Assembly (NCBI GenBank): GCA_017650465.1
Contig: JAGCEW010000092.1
Location: 1-45,736 of the forward strand
Direction of reading: 5' to 3'
DNA length: 45,736 bases
Source: Paludibacteraceae bacterium
Lineage (GTDB): Bacteria > Bacteroidota > Bacteroidia > Bacteroidales > Paludibacteraceae
Both the position numbers and the translations under genes were made by a program. Below are positions 18,001 through 25,683 of the stretch, one piece after another; the stretch's first letter is position 1; each line of letters starts with the position of its first letter. The notes below the pieces were generated by a model, which saw nothing but the letters and a program-made list of their open reading frames with translations, had not been told where the DNA came from and did not search any database.

Positions 18001-21000
18001 CGGTAAACTGACCCTGTCGAAGAACGTTGTGGACTTCGGTGCAAGCAAAATAGGTTCGTCGATTGCAAGTCAATCGTTCAAACTGAGCGGTACAGGCTTT
18101 ACGCCTAATGGTACCATCAGCTTGGCATTTGCCGGAGATAATAAAGACTACTTCGGTCTGATGACTAACAGTTACACTGCAGACGCTAATGGTGCTATCA
18201 GTGAAAAGAACGTGGAGATTTTGGTGGATGAAACAGCTTATGCTACCTATGGTGTACGTGACTGCCAACTCAAAATCTCGAGTGACGACCTGACAAGCGA
18301 CAGTATCGTAACAATCAAACTGACCGTGGGTGGCGTAGTAAGTACAACTCCGAGTCCGGTGGCATTGGACCTGGGCGATGTACTCAATAACGACAATCCG
18401 TCTCTCTATGGAAAGACCTTCCACATTAAGATTACTAACCTCAGTGCAAATAAACAAGCGCGTGTCGTTCCGTCTACGGCAAGTTTCTCTGTTGAGCCAT
18501 ATTATATAATTGCCAATGCGGATGGTGTGATTGACCGCGATGTAACCATCCTTCCGTATCTGAACGGCGGCGGTGCTGCGGTTTATAACGCAAACCTTGA
18601 GGTGGTATGTTCCGGAACGCGTGAGTTTAATGATATTAAAGTAGGTACAGTAACGATGAATCTCTTAGAGGCATATAAGGTTATTGTTCCTGAGATCTCT
18701 AACGGCTCACTCAGTTGGGACGGCGGTACAGCTCCGCAAGCAGCACGCCCGGGTACAACTCATACGCTCGTTGCTACTCCTGCTTCGGGTTACGAAGGTG
18801 GTACTATCCAAATCCTGAAGAACAGTGACGATAGTGATATTACAGAAGATGTGCTTGATGGTTCAACACTAACGATGCCCTCTTACAACATCAAGGTTGT
18901 TGTTAGCGGCTTCAAGCAGTCTGCTAAACCTTCCCTACCGATGTCTTGGAAATATGAAACTTATACCTTGACATTCGGCGAATTCAAAGAGCCCGCACTC
19001 TACTCGTCGCTCAAGATCAATGATAATCTCAAGAGTACGTACGGAGACCAGATTGTTATCACCAGTAGCAATACGAATGTAGCTACCTACACCAGCAAGT
19101 ACTCCGAGTATCAATGTTATACGGTATATAACAGCATCGTAGGCGCAGGTACGACAATCTTCACGGCTTACTTTGCCGGAGACGACACCTATGGTGAGAC
19201 AACGGTTACCTACACGCTGACCGTTAATAAAGCGGACGCAGGTCTCGCATGGAGCGCAAACGCAGCAACGGTTAAGTATGGCGCAAGCAACAATGTCTTC
19301 CCGACGCTGAGCAATCCGAATAACTTGACTGTATCTTATGAGTGTGCCCCGAATTGGATTGCTACCATTGATAGTAATGGTGCTATTACGATCGTCAATG
19401 TGGGCGAGGCAACTATCACGGCTAAGTTTGCCGGCAATAGTAACTACAACGCACAGACGGTTGAATACACGCTCACTATTGAGAAGGGTATTCCGGGATA
19501 CGAGTATCAGATTAACGGCTCAAAGGTAGAGGATGTATATGTGACCTATGGCGCTAAGGACAATGTCTTCCCGACATTGGTTAAGCCGGAAGACTTTGGC
19601 GTAAACTACAAGAGTTCTAACACGGCTGTAGCTGCTATTAATACTTCCGGTACGATTTATCTCTACAAAGCAGGTACAACTACCATCAAGGCTTGCTTCT
19701 GGGGAACTTCTCAATGGGAACCCGACACGGCTACCTTTGTCCTCCACGTGGCAAAGGGTACTCCGAAACTCGAATGGAACGCACAGTACACCCAGATTGT
19801 AAATGGTGAGGTGACTGTAGATATTTACGATAGTGCAGATGGACGCCAGTTACCGCATCTGAACTCTGATGCGCCGGACGGAGTTGTGATTACATCAAAC
19901 AATGAGAGCGTTGTGAAGATTAACGAAACATTCAAATATCCGGTACTGCAGTACGAAACCGGTGACGCAATCGTCACTGCTTCGTTCGCAGAGAATGACC
20001 AATACAATGCGAAGTCCATCAGCTACACCGTTCATGCAGTAGATAATATCCGCTATGAGTCCAACCTCCAGTGGAGAATTGGAACAGAGCAAGTTTCTTC
20101 CGCTTCGGTAACCTTGGCTGGTAATGACAATGTATTCCCAACGCTGTACAACCCGCGCGGAGTAACGCCTACGTATAGCAGTTCAAACGAAAATGTAGCT
20201 ACTATCAGCAACGGAACAATTACCCTTGTAGGAGCCGGTACTACGACTATTACTGCTTCCTTCGACGGTAACTATTCCTACAAGCCCTCGACTGCTACCT
20301 ATACGCTGACGGTGAATGCCGTTGCGAATATCTCTGTTGGTGGAGTATCCTCAATAGACTTTGGCACTGTTAATAAGGGTGCTTCTGTAGATGAGCAGAG
20401 TTTTACGCTCACCGGTTCTAACCTCACAGGAAACGTGAAAGTAACAGTAGCAACAGAGGGTAGTACGACTGCGTTCGTTACCAACGGATTCCGTCCGAGT
20501 AACACATTCACTCCGACTGATGGCGCTATCAATGCTTCTGTTGTAGTGATACCTTATACATCCAATGCCGGTAACTTCAATGGCTCGCTGACTATTCATA
20601 GTCTTACAGACGACTTTGAGGATATCGTCATTCCGCTGCATATTTGGGTGAAGGCTAAACCGACCATCACGCTCGAAGCCGGCACACAGGTTCACATGAC
20701 AGTGAAGAATGGTAACACCGTCATCAACAGCGGTGACGCAGTAGAGGAAGGAACCGTGCTCACGGTGGAGATCTCTATGGGTAGTACCAGTTGGAAACTC
20801 ACCTCGCTGACCGCGGGCGGCGTAGATATTATGGAATCCAGACAGTTCACTGTAGGTACCACTAATATCACCGTCGTGGCTACCAGTGATATGAAAGAAG
20901 ACTCAGACATCACTTGGAGTTCGACCGAAGTAGTCTATGCGTACACCGACGGCAGCAAGGCTACAGTTTGGCCGACTATCGAGAACCCGCACAACATCGC

Positions 21001-21763
21001 CGGTGTTACATGTCGTTCATCGAACGAGCAAGTAGCAAGCGTGGATAATAACGGTAATGTGACGATTCACAAAGAAGGTCAGATCTATATCTGGGTTGAG
21101 GTTAAGAACAATAACGACTACAAAGATGCAAGTGCAAGTTATATGCTCCGCGTTTGCGCACCCGACCATATTAATGTATCGGAGTGGTCTTCTCACCAAG
21201 TATCTTATGAATACGGTGACAACTTCAACTTCAACGGCTTTAAGGCTGAGTTGTATTACAATAACTATGGCGGTAAGCGTGATGTAACTGAGGAGGCAAC
21301 GTGGACTACGGACCCGGCTGCCATCACCGAAGATGGTAATATCACCGTCAATGCAACGGTGGGCGCTATCACCGGTTCGGTAAGCAACGTAAATGTAGTT
21401 GTTAGCAAGCACACCATTGCTATCAACTCCGCAACTCACGGAAGCATCGTTGTTATGCACGGTGACAATGTGGTTGCCAGTGGTGATAAGTTCGTCTATG
21501 GTACCGAACTGACCGTATCCGTAACGCCGGAAGAAGGTTATGAACTGAACACGCTGAAAGCTAATGGTGTTATTATTGAAGAAGGTACGTTCATCGTAAG
21601 ATCGGTAGATGTAACCTTTACTGCTACCTTCAAGCAATCACAAGCTACTGCGTTGGATAACACCACCATTGAGAACCGTCCGACGAAGATCATTCGCGAC
21701 AACAAGGTTTATATCCTTCGTGGCGATAAGATCTACACGGTAGAAGGTCAGTTGGTAAAATAA
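15035..21763 (+). CDS. Giant (2242 aa) secreted multidomain surface, adhesin-like protein
   Basis: The ATG at 15035 gives the signal peptide MRKIHLLLTTLMLIAFSVGTAWA; the 15008 start in the track is TTG. By eye it contains: a Big_2 domain (VALNKTELAMEVGDEETLVATVSPENATNKKVKWQSSN); a chitobiase-C/Fn3-like segment (GADIIYTMNGEDP..TIKARGF); an OB-like segment (VYGYVCTLSE..IYGQLKNYGGTYEM); two Big_3-like segments; five choice-of-anchor-D-like units (DFGxVxxG...QxFxLxGxNL); four InlB-B-repeat-like units; and six ~90-aa Ig-like repeats (..NVFPTLxNP..SSNxxVAxI..GxTTIxAxF..YTLTV). Confidence 0.9.
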   Translation: MRKIHLLLTTLMLIAFSVGTAWAGSYSLTPNQATTGSESTKYITTLTEFTHNSITWKMNQWNPSSLQVKTNQSSATAEFRFYNTSAFPGKITKVVITFKALTISNPDETGFMFVGGTSEVSGTTGGTNGVWDEDNKTITWEPASTDNFTYFAFYQDGKKATSSNYLAESDAIVVTYADGGSSTTPSISVKQKGSAITEIDFGNVVEDTQDEDHGKAAVQTFDIKGANLTDKVKLEISSTHAMKIYVPGYASPYFNNLTLTPKNGAIDTTITITSSTIGTGEKTGVLTVSSLTSTADFTAINIDLKINLLERVDPTSVALNKTELAMEVGDEETLVATVSPENATNKKVKWQSSNSAVADVDENGKVTAVGEGTCTIRCYAEENYYTYKSCEVTVSAHTVKAGTYTIDLNKDLYGVAKGNNETEQSASQNDITIVSGCESYASNKTYYDDTHIRYYMDSYLKLSAPTGFVITEVVFTAGGTWNGYFTVNAGEYDKDTKKWTGSTSEVIFSFTSQNRIASIKVTYAAASEIALPNISGQTPFYPSTTVTMTIDTDGADIIYTMNGEDPLGGDNTYSQPIVLTETKTIKARGFKGVKLGEVASKTFTKATPISVTDAIAAIPNENDAVDNAFVYGYVCTLSESDPNANGQMTYYISKDGTETNRLQIYKGKGLNNAAFASKEDIALGDKVVIYGQLKNYGGTYEMNSGNYIVEKVAKGDVQSVVISGDATHGAYEGGDAFDPAGLKVTATYASGYQEDVTASATWSPATITTQSGNTDVTATFGGKTSDAKTVNITLNKYTVTFNTSVYGGTWGIKKGDNYIKTGNYFPKGTVLTVVTEAVAGYKLGSITVNDAPLEGNEITIGTENITVAVEFAMIQEGVLVLSTNSLNWGSINVGTKPQDVPYQTFTLTGGNLTQGRTVKLTAPTWCYLTQTTANPTAGGNIATTSFYVYVKDATLETAGEYSGNIVISSDDLAKDSLVAVKLTVTEKKDGKLTLSKNVVDFGASKIGSSIASQSFKLSGTGFTPNGTISLAFAGDNKDYFGLMTNSYTADANGAISEKNVEILVDETAYATYGVRDCQLKISSDDLTSDSIVTIKLTVGGVVSTTPSPVALDLGDVLNNDNPSLYGKTFHIKITNLSANKQARVVPSTASFSVEPYYIIANADGVIDRDVTILPYLNGGGAAVYNANLEVVCSGTREFNDIKVGTVTMNLLEAYKVIVPEISNGSLSWDGGTAPQAARPGTTHTLVATPASGYEGGTIQILKNSDDSDITEDVLDGSTLTMPSYNIKVVVSGFKQSAKPSLPMSWKYETYTLTFGEFKEPALYSSLKINDNLKSTYGDQIVITSSNTNVATYTSKYSEYQCYTVYNSIVGAGTTIFTAYFAGDDTYGETTVTYTLTVNKADAGLAWSANAATVKYGASNNVFPTLSNPNNLTVSYECAPNWIATIDSNGAITIVNVGEATITAKFAGNSNYNAQTVEYTLTIEKGIPGYEYQINGSKVEDVYVTYGAKDNVFPTLVKPEDFGVNYKSSNTAVAAINTSGTIYLYKAGTTTIKACFWGTSQWEPDTATFVLHVAKGTPKLEWNAQYTQIVNGEVTVDIYDSADGRQLPHLNSDAPDGVVITSNNESVVKINETFKYPVLQYETGDAIVTASFAENDQYNAKSISYTVHAVDNIRYESNLQWRIGTEQVSSASVTLAGNDNVFPTLYNPRGVTPTYSSSNENVATISNGTITLVGAGTTTITASFDGNYSYKPSTATYTLTVNAVANISVGGVSSIDFGTVNKGASVDEQSFTLTGSNLTGNVKVTVATEGSTTAFVTNGFRPSNTFTPTDGAINASVVVIPYTSNAGNFNGSLTIHSLTDDFEDIVIPLHIWVKAKPTITLEAGTQVHMTVKNGNTVINSGDAVEEGTVLTVEISMGSTSWKLTSLTAGGVDIMESRQFTVGTTNITVVATSDMKEDSDITWSSTEVVYAYTDGSKATVWPTIENPHNIAGVTCRSSNEQVASVDNNGNVTIHKEGQIYIWVEVKNNNDYKDASASYMLRVCAPDHINVSEWSSHQVSYEYGDNFNFNGFKAELYYNNYGGKRDVTEEATWTTDPAAITEDGNITVNATVGAITGSVSNVNVVVSKHTIAINSATHGSIVVMHGDNVVASGDKFVYGTELTVSVTPEEGYELNTLKANGVIIEEGTFIVRSVDVTFTATFKQSQATALDNTTIENRPTKIIRDNKVYILRGDKIYTVEGQLVK

Positions 21764-21780
21764 CCCAACCCGACCAAACG

Positions 21781-21810
21781 AAAAAAGAGACTCGCAAGAG
21801 TCTCTTTTTT
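21781..21810. terminator. Bidirectional intrinsic terminator after the giant gene
   Basis: AAAAAAGAGACTC - gcaa - GAGTCTCTTTTTT. Confidence 0.85.
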
Positions 21811-21919
21811 CGTTCACCACCTTCGCATCGGATTTCGGAATGTGAATCTTTTAATCTTGAAATCCATCACGTGATAGATAGCATATCTCGCGCTACTCTC
21901 GCGCCGCTCAGACGAAAAG

Positions 21920-21947
21920 AATCAGGGCGGTATTTACCGCCCTGATT
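21920..21947 (-). terminator. Terminator hairpin of the minus-strand operon
   Basis: AATCAGGGCGG - tattta - CCGCCCTGATT. On the minus strand it is followed by CTTTTCGTC. It lies 45 nt past the stop of the GGGtGRT gene. Confidence 0.7.
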
Positions 21948-21991
21948 GATCCCTTTAAGGGGAGATGTTCTTTGATGTATTGAACGCAGAT

Positions 21992-23002
21992 TTACTTGTT
22001 CAGCGCCAAAGCTACGTTAACTGCGCAGGCTACGGTGCAACCTACCATCGGATTGTTACCGATACCCAGGAAGCCCATCATCTCTACGTGTGCGGGCACG
22101 GAGCTGGAACCTGCGAACTGTGCATCGCTGTGCATACGTCCCATGGTGTCGGTCATGCCGTACGATGCGGGACCGGCTGCCATGTTATCAGGGTGCAGGG
22201 TACGACCGGTGCCTCCGCCCGAAGCAACCGAGAAATACGGCTTGCCTGCCAGGATACGTTCTTTCTTGTACGTACCTGCTACGGGGTGTTGGAAGCGGGT
22301 GGGGTTCGTGGAGTTACCCGTGATGGATACATCCACATTCTCGTGCCACAGGATAGCCACACCTTCGCGTACATCGTCGGCACCATAGCAGTTCACTTTG
22401 GCACGCGGTCCGTTGGAGTAGGCTTTGCGACGCACCTCTTTGAGTTCGCCGGTGAAGTAGTCAAACTCCGTTTGCACATAGGTGAAGCCGTTGATGCGGC
22501 TGATTATCATGGCTGCGTCTTTACCCAGACCGTTCAGGATGATACGCAGCGGGTTCTTGCGCACTTTATTGGCCATTTCGGCTATCTTGATAGCACCTTC
22601 AGCGGCGGCAAAGCTCTCGTGTCCGGCGAGGAATGCAAAGCATTCGGTCTCTTCGCGCAGCAGACGGGCGGCGAGATTGCCGTGACCGATTCCCACTTTG
22701 CGGTCGTCTGCCACGGAACCGGGGATGCAGAAGGCCTGCAGACCGATACCGATAGCTTCGGCGGCGTCAGCAGCGTTCTTGCAGCCTTTTTTCAGGGCGA
22801 TGGCGCTACCTACAACGTAGGCCCATTTGGCGTTCTCGAAGCAGATACGCTGTGTCTCTTCGCAGGTCAGATAGGGGTCAAGGCCTGCTTTCTCGCATAT
22901 TTCGTTGGCTTCTTCTATCGACTTGATGCCATTGGCATTCAGGGCGGCGAGGATTTGTTTCTCGCGGCGGTCTTGTGACTCGAATTGAACAGGACGGATC
23001 AT
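21992..23002 (-). CDS. GGGtGRT family protein (conserved, function unknown)
   Basis: 336 aa and contains the family-defining SVASGGGTGRTLHPDNMAAGPASYGM. Confidence 0.85.
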   Translation of the reverse strand: MIRPVQFESQDRREKQILAALNANGIKSIEEANEICEKAGLDPYLTCEETQRICFENAKWAYVVGSAIALKKGCKNAADAAEAIGIGLQAFCIPGSVADDRKVGIGHGNLAARLLREETECFAFLAGHESFAAAEGAIKIAEMANKVRKNPLRIILNGLGKDAAMIISRINGFTYVQTEFDYFTGELKEVRRKAYSNGPRAKVNCYGADDVREGVAILWHENVDVSITGNSTNPTRFQHPVAGTYKKERILAGKPYFSVASGGGTGRTLHPDNMAAGPASYGMTDTMGRMHSDAQFAGSSSVPAHVEMMGFLGIGNNPMVGCTVACAVNVALALNK

Positions 23003-23006
23003 AATT

Positions 23007-23708
23007 TTACTCCTTTCTTGGGTCTATGGATTTAACGGCGCCCTGTTCTTTGGTGGTACGGCCATAGGTACCGGTAACGCTTTTGAGGGCTTCATTAGCG
23101 TCCATTCCTTTCTTGATGGCATCCATGAATTTGCCCATATGGACATATTCATATCCGCATATCTCGTTGTCTTCGTCCAAATATTCTTTGGTGATATAGC
23201 CTTCGGTCAGTTGCAGATAGCGCGCACCTTTGGCTTGGGTCGAATACAGGGTGCCCACTTGGCTTACCAGACCCTTGCCGAGGTCTTCCATGCCCGCACC
23301 GATAGCGAGACCGCCTTCCGAGAAGGCCGATTGCGTACGTCCGTAAACGATTTGTAGGAACAACTCGCGCATAGCTGTATTGATGGCGTCGCACACAAGG
23401 TCGGTGTTCAGCGCTTCAAGCAGGGTCTTGCCCGGCAGAATTTCGGCGGCCATGGCGGCTGAGTGGGTCATGCCTGAGCAGCCGATTGTCTCCACCAAAG
23501 CTTCTTCGATGATACCGTTCTTCACATTCAAACTCAGCTTGCATGCGCCTTGTTGCGGGGCGCACCAGCCTATACCGTGGGTCATGCCCGAGATGTCGCC
23601 TATCTCTTTGGCTTTCACCCATTTACCCTCTTCGGGGATGGGAGCCGGTCCGTGATGAGGACCTTTGGCTACCTGGCACATATTCTGTACCTCGTTGGTG
23701 TAAATCAT
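23007..23708 (-). CDS. NifU/IscU-like Fe-S cluster scaffold-related protein (233 aa)
   Basis: Contains GWCAPQQGACKLSLNVKNGIIEEALVETIGCSGMTHSAAMAAEILPGKTLLEAL, which resembles the IscU N-domain. I chose the ATG at 23708 because the 23798 start lies upstream of the predicted promoter. Confidence 0.7.
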   Translation of the reverse strand: MIYTNEVQNMCQVAKGPHHGPAPIPEEGKWVKAKEIGDISGMTHGIGWCAPQQGACKLSLNVKNGIIEEALVETIGCSGMTHSAAMAAEILPGKTLLEALNTDLVCDAINTAMRELFLQIVYGRTQSAFSEGGLAIGAGMEDLGKGLVSQVGTLYSTQAKGARYLQLTEGYITKEYLDEDNEICGYEYVHMGKFMDAIKKGMDANEALKSVTGTYGRTTKEQGAVKSIDPRKE

Positions 23709-23755
23709 AAAATCTCTTCGTTTTGTTTCTTTTGTTTTCTTGTCAAAATAGCCTG

Positions 23756-23787
23756 CAAAAGTACAGGTTTTTTTTGGAATATGCAAA
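23756..23787 (-). promoter_or_regulatory. Promoter of the NifU-like / GGGtGRT operon
   Basis: The minus strand reads TTTG (23787-23784) - 20 nt with A8 - TACTTTTG (23763-23756). Confidence 0.7.
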
Positions 23788-23879
23788 TAAAATTGCAAAA
23801 AAGTGGAAAAATTCTGTTTTTATGTTCATTCGGCTTCCCTGTAATTTTCCCTGAATTTCCCTTCCGTTTCCGAGCTAAA

Positions 23880-23989
23880 CACGATAGATATACGATAGAT
23901 ACACGTTAGATATACGATAGATATACGTTAGATACACGATAGATATACGTTAGATATACGATAGATACACGATAGATATACGATAGATA
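23880..23989. repeat. Tandem array 2: ten 11-bp units, YACGWTAGATA
   Basis: Ten head-to-tail units in the same orientation as array 1. The first base reads C,T,C,T,T,C,T,T,C,T across units. Units 3, 5 and 7 have T instead of A at position 5. Confidence 0.97.
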
Positions 23990-24087
23990 ATAGGGACATT
24001 ATCGGGACGCAAGCGGGAGAAAAGCAGGCCCGTTTGGTGTCGTTCAACTCTAAACCTTAAACGTTCAACCAAAAATCTTCGATTTTA

Positions 24088-24119
24088 TTTGCATATCTCA
24101 AAAAAAAGCAGTACCTTTG
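24088..24119 (+). promoter_or_regulatory. Promoter of the lipoprotein gene and probably the long co-directional gene string behind it
   Basis: TTTG at 24088-24091 and TACCTTTG at 24112-24119, with a 20-nt spacer containing A8. Confidence 0.75.
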
Positions 24120-24149
24120 CGCCCGCAAATTCTTAAATACCATAAAATC

Positions 24150-25112
24150 ATGAGAAAAATACTTTATTTTGCCTTTGCGGCAGTGTTGGCGGTAGCCTTT
24201 GCTTCGTGTGAAAAGAAATCGAATTCGGAATCGGGAGAGAACACAGCCGCTTGGATCAATCCTAATTCTCAGAACGGGTTGATGCTTCACAAATTTTCTG
24301 TTGCTGACACTCGGACGGTGCGTTTTTCGCAAGGTAACTTGCAGTATAGGGCAAGCACCGGCACATGGCGTTTCGCGCCCAACCAGTGGGAAATGATAGG
24401 GGGCGATAACAGTAACCGTTCAATGGATTACAACGGTTGGATCGATTTGTTCAGTTGGGGGGCAACCGGATACAATGGCAGATTACCCCATGTAGTGCCG
24501 TCATCCTCCGGTGATTTTCAGGAACCGCAAGGTAGTATTGCGAATACCGATTACGATTGGGGGTACTATCTTTCCATCGTCAATGGTGGCAATCAGAAGA
24601 ATCTTTGGCGCACACTGACGGATAAGGAATGGGAGTATCTGTTCCACGGGCGGACGAATGCGGAACAGCGTTTCGGATTTGCTACGGTGAATGACGTGGA
24701 GGGGCTGATTCTTCTTCCGGATGATTGGGAGAATCCTACGGAAGTCTTGGGGTTCACTGCAAGTACCGATAAGGGCTTGAATTGGGAAAGTGATTTTGGC
24801 TCATACCAAGACCGTACGAAGACTGTCCATTATTTGGACAACAACTATACCGCCACCCAATGGAAAGCAATGGAAAAGGCGGGGGCAATCTTTTTGCCGG
24901 CAGCAGGGGGGTATAGCAATGACACTTACTTTAATAAAAACATCAATAGTGATTATAACAGAGGAGGTTATTGGTCTGCAACGCGAAAGAATGATAATCA
25001 GGTCTATGTGTTGGATTTCTATTCCAATCCTACAGGCACGCATACTTTCCTCGCTCCATCTACGAATACCACTCATGTGCAATTTGGAGAAGCTGTTCGT
25101 CTGGTGCGTTGA
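24150..25112 (+). CDS. Lipoprotein with a FISUMP-like (Fibrobacter succinogenes major paralogous) domain
   Basis: The ATG at 24150 gives MRKILYFAFAAVLAVAFASC (lipobox). Other motifs are FSQGNLQY, DLFSWGATGYNG, WRTLTDKEWEYL, IFLPAAGGY, GGYWSAT and a C-terminal GEAVRLVR. The track start at 24117 is TTG inside the -7 box. Confidence 0.7.
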   Translation: MRKILYFAFAAVLAVAFASCEKKSNSESGENTAAWINPNSQNGLMLHKFSVADTRTVRFSQGNLQYRASTGTWRFAPNQWEMIGGDNSNRSMDYNGWIDLFSWGATGYNGRLPHVVPSSSGDFQEPQGSIANTDYDWGYYLSIVNGGNQKNLWRTLTDKEWEYLFHGRTNAEQRFGFATVNDVEGLILLPDDWENPTEVLGFTASTDKGLNWESDFGSYQDRTKTVHYLDNNYTATQWKAMEKAGAIFLPAAGGYSNDTYFNKNINSDYNRGGYWSATRKNDNQVYVLDFYSNPTGTHTFLAPSTNTTHVQFGEAVRLVR

Positions 25113-25154
25113 TGGAAGAATACACTGACAGACAAGAAAATCGAAGAAGATATT

Positions 25155-25661
25155 ATGCAGAACTTTTTGGAACTGTGCCGCAATCGCCGGTCAATACGTA
25201 CATATACCAATCAGGCGGTGGAGCCTGACAAACTTGACAGAATACTGCAATGCGCCCTGATGTCACCATCGGGAAAGCGTCTTAATCCTTGGAAGTTTTA
25301 TGTACTGACGGATGAGGCGCGGTTGCGTAAGTTGGCAGCCTGCCGTACCTACGGAAGCCAGATGTTTCAGACCGCCATGGCGGGTATCGTCGTGGCATTG
25401 GATGCCGGCCTGACCGACACATGGCAGTCCGACGGAGCCATTGCGGCCCACAACATACTCCTTGCCGCGGAAGACGAAGGCTTGGGCGCATGTTGGTGCC
25501 AAATCTACCAACGCGAGGGAGCGGAAGAACTTGTGAGAGAGGTCGCGGGCGTGGAAGAAGGACTTACCGTCCTCTGCGTCATCTCCCTTGGTTATAAGAA
25601 CGAAGAGCGCAAGCAATACGACCTTGCCAAACTGGCGTATGACAAAGTAATTAAAGTATAA
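25155..25661 (+). CDS. Nitroreductase family protein
   Basis: 168 aa. Contains RRSIRTYTNQAVEPDKLDRIL..SPSGKRLNPWKF. Confidence 0.85.
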   Translation: MQNFLELCRNRRSIRTYTNQAVEPDKLDRILQCALMSPSGKRLNPWKFYVLTDEARLRKLAACRTYGSQMFQTAMAGIVVALDAGLTDTWQSDGAIAAHNILLAAEDEGLGACWCQIYQREGAEELVREVAGVEEGLTVLCVISLGYKNEERKQYDLAKLAYDKVIKV

Positions 25662-25683
25662 AAAAGACAATACATAAACAACC

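Noticed and set aside
21868-21882. Solitary CACGTGATAGATAGC resembling one unit of the 11-bp arrays, between the convergent terminators
   Set aside because: It is a single imperfect copy, and the match is too short to distinguish from chance.
21965-22978. 337-aa plus-strand ORF
   Set aside because: It is the mirror of the GGGtGRT gene. The minus-strand translation carries the family signature and has its own promoter and terminator, whereas the plus-strand product is Gly/His/Val-rich with no recognisable motif.
14580-24149. Possibility that the segment bracketed by the two arrays is a mobile or genomic island
   Set aside because: There is no integrase, transposase, tRNA or conjugation gene. 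The segment includes a conserved NifU-like/GGGtGRT operon with normal promoters and terminators. The direct repeats are tandem-array copies rather than att-like duplications.
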